From contig JANJGN010000034.1 of the NCBI GenBank assembly GCA_026770705.1, positions 5,828,001-5,892,000 of the forward strand: a stretch of DNA of 64,000 bases. Direction: 5' to 3'. Each line of letters begins with the position of its first letter. The stretch's first letter is position 1. Positions 58,501 to 64,000 of the stretch are shown here, in pieces. This DNA comes from Isurus oxyrinchus. Lineage: Eukaryota. The notes beneath the pieces were generated by a model that did no database searches, had not been told where the DNA came from, and saw only the letters and a program-made list of their open reading frames with translations. The position numbers and the translations under genes are program-made.

Positions 58501-61500
58501 GCAGTGATTACACATTCCAATTTTAAGTAACTTTTAAATTATTATTATATCTAACTCCATCTGCGGCCTCGTCTTTCCATATTTCCTTGAGAATCTTCTG
58601 CCCTTTCAACTGGCTGCAATTTCATTTTCACACCACGCTGGCCTTTTACCGATCGTGCTGTTCCTTTACCTAACCAATGGCATTTTATGGCTTCTGTAGT
58701 ATGTCCCAAGGCTCTGAAGAATGTTTGCTAAACATTGCGCCTCACACCCTCCTTCCTCCTTTAACATACACATATTTCCTGGGCTGTTTCCAAAGCCCAA
58801 CCCTCATCCTCACCCCGAAGTCTGACCAATAATTTAAGTTTCGCTCAATTCATGTTGAAATGCAGTGAGGCTCCTTACGCCCTGTGGCACTTCGGTTATC
58901 GAGAAGGCCTGCTTGGAACCTGAGAAATACTCAGCAGACAATGAGCTGCATTACATGTCCTCGGAACAAAAAGAGGAATACATGTCATCTTAAACAACTC
59001 AGTGGCTCCTCTGGCGAACGAAGGCTGCAAAAGAGACAAACCTCTAATGGTTTCAGTTTTCTGCCATTGGATCATGCTATCGTTCACTAAATACAGTCGT
59101 GGAAGATGGTGTGCAATGGTTTCCCCTTCCTAAAATTTTGCCAGCACAGGCATTTGTCTTTCTGCGTACATCTATCATAACATTAGGTGTCCACCGAACG
59201 TTGGAGTGAGCATTGTTGCGTTGTATCAAAACGCTCACTTTAACTACGCTAGAACCACATTTGGTCAATTGAGAAAGCGAGCATTTGAAGGTCGCAACAC
59301 CAACATTGACAGGAAGCTCATGATCTGTTGTTTGTGCTTGATTCCGACGTTACTCTATGGGGCTCCAAGATGGAAAACGGACAGTAGGCACCTCAAGTCC
59401 CTGTTAAAACTGGCTGTGCAAGGATTTGCATTTAGTGGGAGGACAGAAAGGTGGACGCTGTCACCTGTCAGGTATCAGACTCCCAAAGCAGGTATTGTTC
59501 TCCAAGATTAGCGAGGACAGATGCACCAGAGGAGGGCAGAGGACGATATTAAGGGATGTGCTGAAAAGTAACATGAAGAAAATGAATTAATCACATCGAC
59601 ATCTCAGTGAACACCGTTTATACATTAAGCCAAATGGCACCAGGCACTTTAGGAAGGACCCCAGCACTTTGAAAAAGAACGACTATAAAATGATTCAGGA
59701 AAACAGGAGAGGCCAAAGGAACACAGCATGCCCCGAATTAAGGATACACATCCTGACACCCAAAATGGCTTGGGTGCATGAAGTCTGCAGTTCCCGAATC
59801 TGCCTCTTCAGCCAACTCAGGCTCATGATAGACAATTGTCCGCTCTACTGAGGCGCAGCCAGTAATAACATTATCTGCACGCAATTAATCACGTGTCCCA
59901 ATGTGGCCCGATGTTGCATCACCTCCATTTTTGTCGAAACTGTTTCACAGGAAAAAATTATGTTCTTTAGCTGGATTAAGTCACTGCATACATGCAAATT
60001 ACCCTTTCCTGTCAACAGTCTATTTTCAATCTCTACCACCAAAGTTTCTGCCGACAAATCTGAGGAAACAATTGCTTGCAGGACGACTTCTCGAGGGTTC
60101 TTACAGTACAGTTAACCAAGTGGGAGACAACCAAATTTCACAGAGTGAAAGTAAACATTTCTACCATAATCAAGGAATACAGCTTGTCATAGATTGGTTA
60201 CAGCAAAGAAAGAGGCTATTGGGCTGTTTGGTGTGGTAGGCGGATCTCTGGGTGATTATTTTGGCTGTTCCCATTGTCCAGAACTTCACGTGCAAAGCAT
60301 GCAATTTGCTTGCTATTCAAAGAATTATCCAGCTCCCGATTAAAAGCCACAATTATCACTTCGCTGAGCTCATTCTTAGGCATTGCATTTAAGAACGTAA
60401 TGGCGCTCTGCACGTGTATCTTTTTCCCCATATCCCCTTTGGTTCTCTCTCAGTTCATGTTAAATCAATATCTTCCACTTCTTAACCATTCCGGATGGGA
60501 AGAGTCTAGAACTGCCTAATATGTTCAGGCCCCGTCCTGAATTTGAGAATGCCCATCAAATCTCGTTTCAATCATATTGTATCTATGTACAACCGGTCTA
60601 AATTCCCAAATCTTTCCACCTAGAAGAAACAATCATCTCTGCAAACATTCGCATGTGCACACTAACTACCCTCTCAAACGACTTCACTTCGCCCTTAACA
60701 ATGAAGTCGAAAATATGATGCAGTTCCCGAGTTGAAGTCGAACTAGCGGTTAAACAGGTTTACCATAACTTGTTTTCCTTGGCTGTCTAGTCATCTATTT
60801 ATAAAGTCGAGTATTTCATCTGGCTTCGTGACAGTCTTTTCAATCTGCCCTGCATGTTGCAACCATTTGTCCTCTTATACTCCCAAAGCCCCATCAGCAG
60901 CTTCAATCCCATTTGGAATGCCATCACAACTTGTTCATTATCTCCTCCTACCAAAATGAATCACGTCATGACTCTCACTACTAATTTCATAGCAATAGTT
61001 CCTCCAATTCCACCAGTCCTTCTGCTTCCGTTTGACGTATTCACCATCTTCCTTGGAATTCATAGCCCTGTAAAATCTGAAAACTTTGAAGTTTTGCCCT
61101 GGACACTCATGTTTAGGTCCCTGATGCATACCATGTAGAAAGATTGGAAGGGGGAAACTGCATAGTTTTGTTGACACTTCAGTCTGGATCATCCATTTAA
61201 TGAATTACAGAGAAAAGTGACTGTCAACAAGCTGTAAAAGACCTAGGTGAGCAAAACATTCCCGGTGTCGCTTTCAATAACCTCTCTTAATATTTTGAAC
61301 CATTAAGCAAATACGTTTATATCCTTTAAAAAGTGAAGTAATCAATTCAGGCACACGTCGTTTGTTGATTGGTCCACCTTTGCATCTGTTGATTCAAAAT
61401 AAAGAAAATACTGGGCAGAAAGCAAAACAGGCCATTAATCCGATACTGGGCAGTGTGAATTTCCGACGCTCCATGCGTCATGATTATTGGCGCTTCTTGT

Positions 61501-63319
61501 CACAACTCTTGCTCAATCCTGCACACTAACGGAATGATGAACATTGTTAACTTGATCGATTTGGTACCACATTGGAAAGTGTTCTGACCAATAACAAAAC
61601 TCCTCCCACTGGTGAAAAATGTTGTTTAATCTTAGAATTTTTGGTTTGTTTATCATGTAATCCCGAACAGAAGAAAAACTCAACGCAAAAGAAAAAGGTA
61701 CCTGATCTAACGTTTTTTTCTTCAAGAAGCCAAAGATTGACAATGGCCGGTTGATTCTTCACATGATTTGTTTTGTTTTTGTATGAATGTTTTATGTTTT
61801 TTTTTAAATAAGCAGGTTGCTAGAATGTACCCTAAGGGTTGGCAGCAGACGAATCCCATACAAGGGCTCCATAGTTTCGAGTTACGTGGGCACATTTTCG
61901 GATGTTGTGTCACACAAGGTTGGAAGACAATAAATAACCTGTAAACTGAAGAAATGGATAAGGAATTCACTTAATGCTCCTTAAACACGGTCGTGGTAAC
62001 AACGAACTACTCGCTAACACATTGAATTTAGAAATAAAACGTACGTGATGGTTAAGAATGATATGTTTGGTGATATAGTTTATGCAAGAGGTCTTGTGAC
62101 GACGTTGTGGTGTCACAACTTTAGACCAGAAGCTCTGGGTTCAAGTCTTACTTCAGGAATTGATGGCTGTTGAAGCTGCTTTTGTAAGGTGGCCGGCTGT
62201 ATTGCTTAGGAACTTGTCAAACCTTCCAATGTGCCTGGCAGCAGGTGCTCAGTTCGGGGGAGATGCTGGACAGCCAGGTTTTAGAAAGCAACGTCAAATG
62301 ACTGTCGTACTTTGACAAGCATAATCATGACCACATCCAGTGGAAACGCATGATCACAAACACCGTCTGAATACAAGCTAGCTGAAAACTAGGAATGAAA
62401 TAACATATGTGGTACGTTGTTCTGGTGGAGGATAGCCTTCGGCATGGGACACTTGATTGGACGGACAAATATTTTCCTCTTATTTATATTGGTCGGACCG
62501 CCTTCTCAGTGTCGAATTCCATGGACTTTTTTTTTGGAAATGCAACTCACTCCAAATACGCAAGGTGAAAAGACAGAGGGCTCGCTATAGTTGATCGGTG
62601 ACGTGCCTAAACAGGGAAAAGGACTGTGTATCTGCTTAAATAATGTAATTGAACAATCGTTGACAGGAAGAACTTGGCAAAGTCCCGCAGGAAAATTAAG
62701 GCTGCAAAAGCATTTGTAGCACAGTTGTGCATGTTAATTTGCAAACACAAGCACGGTGCATGTGCAATGTCTTATATTTTAAAGCATGCACAATATGCAA
62801 TATAATATCCTAAAGTATGCCATGCAACTATTGGATTACCGTCTTGCGGAGATTTAATGTGATGTCCCTGTATATTATTGCACAATCTGTACTCAAGTAA
62901 GGTTAGCGATGCCAGCCTTGCCCTTAATGATACTGCAACGCCGACATTCTGCTCTTCCTTAAAATGCAGTACGAATTGGCAGCCCAATTTAGACCTCGTA
63001 TTTTTATGAATATGATAAAAGGATCAGCTGATGTAAATACTCTGCCGTTATTTATGTTGAGTTTAAGTAGGCGCTTCACGTGAAGCGAGCGGCAGTGCCT
63101 ATGGGTAATATGGAATGGGATATGTCGAAGTATGGAGTGCGTGGAAGGACATAATCCACTCTTTCGAATACATTGACCTGTACTATAAATTCTGCTTAAT
63201 AAGTCGGGAGGGCGGGTGGGAAGAAATGGGAAAACGTGCTGAAATTGAAATAATGGTGAAACTTTCACATCTCACCATTTTAGAGATTCTAACGTGTCAA
63301 GAGTCTTTAAAGGATTCAG
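13513..63319 (+). CDS. Multi-exon gene segment: 27 intact phase-1 micro-exons (12x36 nt, 13x27 nt, 2x15 nt) encoding about 271 aa of a 21-residue-repeat coiled coil; gene ends outside window
   Basis: Each exon is bounded by AG and GT, has a length divisible by 3, is phase 1 and has no stop. Spliced peptide: EVTLKNKEK ELTMCQENVGDL GSKLNGKEK ELAKCLESLSAL DEKLKAKAK DLTGCEDNLDKL GEELKLNSK EQKKMSDALKDL EEKLKTKVI ELNNCQVSSEDL DDKLKETGK EVKVCQDALKDL EKKLKGRVE ELAKCEEALDIL GDTLKAKEK GEKLIAKEK EFDDFQKKC KRELTDKTK ELENLKQKMKDL EEKYKAKEQ ELMDCQDVLKNF ENVKK ELNTCQDTVKDL DQLKK EKSDCQQAVKDL EEKLNAKEK EILTCQESLKDS. Confidence 0.85.
13900..14830 (+). mobile_element. Decayed CR1-type LINE 3' fragment
   Basis: Same order of CR1 3' landmarks as 19270-20110, heavily diverged. 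Confidence 0.45.
14958..14993 (+). CDS. Micro-exon A (36 nt) ELTMCQENVGDL
   Basis: tttcag|AACTA...TTTAG|gtgaga. Confidence 0.85.
15390..15880 (+). mobile_element. Non-LTR retrotransposon 3' tail (family shared with 36440-37020)
   Basis: Direct similarity: caagtcacataccattctgacttgg...gtcaaaatcctg...ccaccaatgtctcaa...ggaataaatgttggc, followed by an A-rich tail. Confidence 0.7.
17390..17416 (+). CDS. Micro-exon B (27 nt) GSKLNGKEK
   Basis: tcacag|GTTCG...AAAGG|gtaagt. Confidence 0.85.
18835..19215. repeat. Degenerate (CA)n-like low-complexity tract
   Basis: Visible CA/AC periodicity. Confidence 0.9.
19270..20110 (+). mobile_element. 5'-truncated CR1-type LINE
   Basis: Encodes YNPEKPEVMHFGRT...LFSFSLKQRRLRGSLITVYKIMRGI, characteristic of the CR1 ORF2 C-terminus, with frameshifts and a 3' UTR. 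Confidence 0.85.
20120..20380. repeat. Degenerate (CA)n-like tract, continuation of 18835-19215 beyond the CR1 insertion
   Basis: Visible CA periodicity. Confidence 0.85.
20421..20456 (+). CDS. Micro-exon A (36 nt) ELAKCLESLSAL
   Basis: ttccag|AGCTA...ATTAG|gtaggc. Confidence 0.85.
21288..21314 (+). CDS. Micro-exon B (27 nt) DEKLKAKAK
   Basis: ttgcag|ATGAA...CAAAG|gtaaat. Confidence 0.85.
23037..23072 (+). CDS. Micro-exon A (36 nt) DLTGCEDNLDKL
   Basis: ttccag|ATTTA...ATTAG|gttggg. Confidence 0.8.
23651..23677 (+). CDS. Micro-exon B (27 nt) GEELKLNSK
   Basis: taacag|GGGAA...GAAAG|gtagtt. Confidence 0.8.
23700..24350 (+). mobile_element. Decayed CR1-type LINE 3' fragment
   Basis: CR1 3' landmarks (gaaacaaggaagttatg..., gcagaggagattcagtaaaat..., gtgaaggtttatggggaag). 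Confidence 0.45.
24520..26170. repeat. Unclassified interspersed element with a G-rich, strand-skewed interior
   Basis: Abrupt shift to G-run-rich sequence (24840-25870) inside an AT-rich intron; similar architecture at 48830-49990. Confidence 0.45.
26290..26325 (+). CDS. Micro-exon A (36 nt) EQKKMSDALKDL (no Cys)
   Basis: ttgtag|AACAG...CTTAG|gtgaga. Confidence 0.85.
26560..26840 (+). mobile_element. Short copy of the non-LTR 3' tail family
   Basis: gcagcagatgcattggaacacc...acacaattctgacttggaacgatattacc matches 15610-15720 and 36750-36860. Confidence 0.6.
27130..27380 (+). mobile_element. Decayed Deu-domain-like SINE fragment
   Basis: ccccgtctgccc...gtggacgttaaa...aacagattatttggtcat resembles the DeuSINE/AmnSINE core; weaker relatives near 6150-6450, 21540-21740 and 51960-52300. 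Confidence 0.4.
28081..28107 (+). CDS. Micro-exon B (27 nt) EEKLKTKVI
   Basis: tcacag|AAGAA...CATAG|gtaact. Confidence 0.85.
29778..29813 (+). CDS. Micro-exon A (36 nt) ELNNCQVSSEDL
   Basis: ttacag|AGCTA...CTTAG|gtgaga. Confidence 0.85.
30941..30967 (+). CDS. Micro-exon B (27 nt) DDKLKETGK
   Basis: gaacag|ATGAT...GAAAG|gtacac. Confidence 0.85.
31100..32300 (-). mobile_element. Decayed RTE-clade LINE RT fragment
   Basis: Minus-strand peptides SEPFKIHHRVKHIFVLAPTVF (cf. GVKQGCVLAPTLF) and RELIYTDDDTL (cf. LYADD). Confidence 0.65.
33400..34350 (+). mobile_element. Decayed CR1-type LINE 3' fragment
   Basis: atgaagttcaaacccgacaaag...ggtggtcaagaagccacttggaatatgtgtcttcatt... parallels 19320-19520. 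Confidence 0.55.
34879..34914 (+). CDS. Micro-exon A (36 nt) EVKVCQDALKDL
   Basis: ttatag|AGGTA...TTTAG|gtgagt. Confidence 0.85.
35975..36001 (+). CDS. Micro-exon B (27 nt) EKKLKGRVE
   Basis: tggtag|AGAAA...TGAAG|gtattg. Confidence 0.75.
36440..37020 (+). mobile_element. Non-LTR retrotransposon 3' end with poly(A)
   Basis: Codes LSTIYKAQVRSVLEYS...LKKINSIQEKAAR (LINE ORF2 C-terminus); ends caataaacgctggccaagccagcgaaacccacatcc...aaaaaaaa. Confidence 0.8.
37131..37166 (+). CDS. Micro-exon A (36 nt) ELAKCEEALDIL
   Basis: ctgtag|AATTG...TTTAG|gtgaga. Confidence 0.85.
   Translation, partial: NWRNVKKLWTF
37738..37764 (+). CDS. Micro-exon B (27 nt) GDTLKAKEK
   Basis: aaaaag|GAGAT...AAAAG|gtatat (AAG acceptor, weaker). 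Confidence 0.75.
38860..39960 (-). mobile_element. CR1-type LINE fragment (RT C-terminus to 3' end)
   Basis: Reverse complement contains GPQLFTIHIND and AKLADNTN-like RT relics near 39720-39820; homologous to 9320-9960. Confidence 0.7.
40110..40560 (-). mobile_element. Inverted copy of the non-LTR 3' tail family
   Basis: ccaggattttgacccagcaactgtgaaggaac is the reverse complement of the 36825-36860 motif. Confidence 0.75.
42500..42535 (+). pseudogene. Degenerate type-A copy (DLRLCQISVKCI), splice sites not canonical
   Basis: atg|ATCTCCGCCTCTGTCAAATCTCAGTGAAGTGTATCG|ggttaa. L2/C5/Q6/V9/I12 pattern; sits about 0.9 kb before the B exon at 43427, where an A exon is expected. Confidence 0.5.
42590..43340 (+). 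mobile_element. Decayed L2-type LINE 3' fragment
   Basis: ctcattaacgcctttgtt...ctgcaatcttgactggcctacc and terminal gcgtgctatagaaataaag resemble L2 3' ends. Confidence 0.45.
43427..43453 (+). CDS. Micro-exon B (27 nt) GEKLIAKEK
   Basis: ttacag|GAGAA...AAAAG|gtgatg. Confidence 0.8.
44040..44640 (+). mobile_element. RTE-clade LINE fragment (endonuclease-RT linker)
   Basis: NRWVEKANEIYPYMDQHNMHGFIQSINTIHG resembles RTE/BovB WWxxKAxEIQxxADxxNMxxFFxAIKxIYGP. Confidence 0.55.
45481..45830 (+). mobile_element. tRNA-derived SINE
   Basis: 5' ggggaggcggttgcc... A-box-like head, body ccatttggttcac...ccgtccttacctg...gtgattccagacc, and a LINE-like tail; paralogues at 47240-47550 (+) and 48410-48780 (-). 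Confidence 0.65.
46988..47014 (+). CDS. Atypical 27-nt micro-exon EFDDFQKKC (A-like start)
   Basis: Pyrimidine tract ctttattttctctcaag|AATTT...ATGTA|gtaagt; strong splice sites, phase 1. Confidence 0.6.
47240..47550 (+). mobile_element. tRNA-derived SINE (second copy)
   Basis: ggtggcgtagtg A-box; tail gaatgctggcctagccagcgaagccacattccatgaacg. Confidence 0.6.
47740..48390 (+). mobile_element. Decayed non-LTR retrotransposon RT/3' fragment
   Basis: MQQILGNVQAWADD and downstream similarity to 36440-36800. Confidence 0.5.
48410..48780 (-). mobile_element. tRNA-derived SINE (inverted copy)
   Basis: Ends cattaccgctacaccaccatctcc, the reverse complement of the SINE head. Confidence 0.55.
48830..49990. 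repeat. Unclassified element with a G-rich interior
   Basis: G/T-skewed block 49290-49740; architecture similar to 24520-26170. Confidence 0.35.
51746..51772 (+). CDS. Micro-exon B (27 nt) (K/E)RELTDKTK
   Basis: ttgcag|AAAGA...TAAAG|gtaaaa. Confidence 0.8.
52434..52469 (+). CDS. Micro-exon A (36 nt) ELENLKQKMKDL (no Cys)
   Basis: tttcag|AATTA...CTTAG|gtgagc. Confidence 0.85.
53554..53580 (+). CDS. Micro-exon B (27 nt) EEKYKAKEQ
   Basis: taacag|AAGAG...GCAAG|gtgaac. Confidence 0.85.
53850..55700 (-). mobile_element. Decayed L2-type LINE
   Basis: Minus-strand QVSHCYHTETTSTIISN (cf. QSGFRxxHSTETALxKVxND), with LLPLSLLKS-type RT relics upstream. Confidence 0.55.
55993..56028 (+). CDS. Micro-exon A (36 nt) ELMDCQDVLKNF
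   Basis: ttgcag|AGCTA...TTTCG|gtgaat. Confidence 0.85.
56818..56832 (+). CDS. Short micro-exon (15 nt) ENVKK in a B slot
   Basis: tcacag|AAAATGTAAAGAAGG|gtaagt. Confidence 0.75.
57433..57468 (+). CDS. Micro-exon A (36 nt) ELNTCQDTVKDL
   Basis: ttgcag|AGCTA...TTTAG|gtgagc. Confidence 0.85.
58416..58430 (+). CDS. Short micro-exon (15 nt) DQLKK in a B slot
   Basis: tcacag|ATCAATTAAAAAAAG|gtcagt. Confidence 0.75.
59150..59850 (+). mobile_element. RTE-clade LINE 3' fragment
   Basis: ARTTFGQLRKRAFEGRNTNIDRKLMICCLCLIPTLLYGAPRWKTDSRHLKSL matches RTE/BovB ASxAFGRLRKRVF...PTLLYGxETWTxYxRHLKxL. Confidence 0.7.
60250..61100 (-). mobile_element. Decayed CR1-type LINE 3' fragment
   Basis: Minus strand DWWNWRNYCYEISSESHDVIHFGRRR (cf. 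W..W.M.FN..KC.VMHFGR). Confidence 0.55.
61211..61246 (+). CDS. Micro-exon A (36 nt) EKSDCQQAVKDL
   Basis: ttacag|AGAAA...CCTAG|gtgagc. Confidence 0.85.
61671..61697 (+). CDS. Micro-exon B (27 nt) EEKLNAKEK
   Basis: gaacag|AAGAA...AAAAG|gtacct. Confidence 0.85.
63284..63319 (+). CDS. Micro-exon A (36 nt) EILTCQESLKDS
   Basis: ttttag|AGATT...TTCAG|gtggga. Confidence 0.8.
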
Positions 63320-64000
63320 GTGGGAAACATATTTGGCATTTGTGTAAAATTGCCGCTGAACAAAATATTCCAGCATTTACTAGCCCACACATAGAATACC
63401 GTAATTTTAAATGTAAAGATGTAGATTTTGCCTGCATCATATAATTGTCTAGCAAAGAAAGAGGGCAATCCTCCACCGTGCCTGTAACTGCTATATGAAT
63501 GGGTTTTATCCCTCTCCATCTCTAACCCTCTCATTTTCTATCTCTCTGAATTTATCTGCGTTCCAGAAGTCTTTTTACACAACCTTGCAAATGCTTGTTC
63601 TGCACAATAAGGTGTTGCTCTCCGCCAACCCCTCAGCCCCTCCCTATGCTTTGTCTATAAATAACCTTAAATCGGTGTTTCCTTGTTGCTGGTCGCCTGG
63701 ACGTGGGAACCATTTAGTGTTATTTTATTTCTTAAGCATGATGGTCTGATCATATTGCACGCCATTATCATAGGGTCCATTAACCTTCTTGCCGTGATCA
63801 GAAAAAAATCAGCACCCTTCTGCCGTCCATATAACTTACGCCCCTGGTACTGTTGACTACATCTTCCCTGTGCTCCCAGCACGATTTTCGAATCATTGCA
63901 AAGCGTGGTGCTTCGAATTAGAATGTAATATGCTAAAGTGGTGCATATTAAGCAACAATTGTTGGGAAGCTGCACTGCGTGTCGACGTCTTGGTTAGATC

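Noticed and set aside
13513-63319. Naming the gene as butyrophilin/BG, CD23-like lectin or tetherin-like
   Set aside because: Only architectural analogy; no Ig, TM, B30.2 or lectin exon was recognised in the window.
367-63975. The supplied 60-164 aa ORFs as stand-alone genes
   Set aside because: Short and compositionally random, or derived from low-complexity DNA or broken TE frames; none looks like a single-exon gene.
1-64000. CRISPR array, prokaryotic operon, rRNA or tRNA genes
   Set aside because: The sequence is vertebrate intronic DNA. The recurring 27/36-nt units are kilobases apart and splice-site bounded, and tRNA-like motifs occur only as SINE heads.

Overview
Eukaryotic (vertebrate) genomic DNA, AT-rich and dense in decayed retrotransposons (CR1, L2, RTE, Penelope-like, tRNA-derived SINEs). 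The repeat landscape looks to me like a cartilaginous fish; this is recognition, not a database result. The six-frame ORFs are noise or TE relics. Hidden across the whole window on the + strand is an array of phase-1, frame-preserving micro-exons, mostly alternating 36-nt (type A, 12 aa, consensus ELxxCQxxLKDL) and 27-nt (type B, 9 aa, consensus xEKLKxKEK). One A+B pair is 63 nt = 21 aa = three heptads, with core residues L-C-L-L-L-K spaced 3-4-3-4-3-4. I count 27 exons with intact AG/GT sites between 13513 and 63319 (813 nt, 271 codons, no stops). There is also a 21-nt variant at 8059 and several copies with broken splice sites, mainly in the first 13 kb. These exons appear to encode the middle of a long Cys-periodic coiled coil whose N- and C-terminal domains lie outside the window, so the gene cannot be named. 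TE boundaries are approximate.
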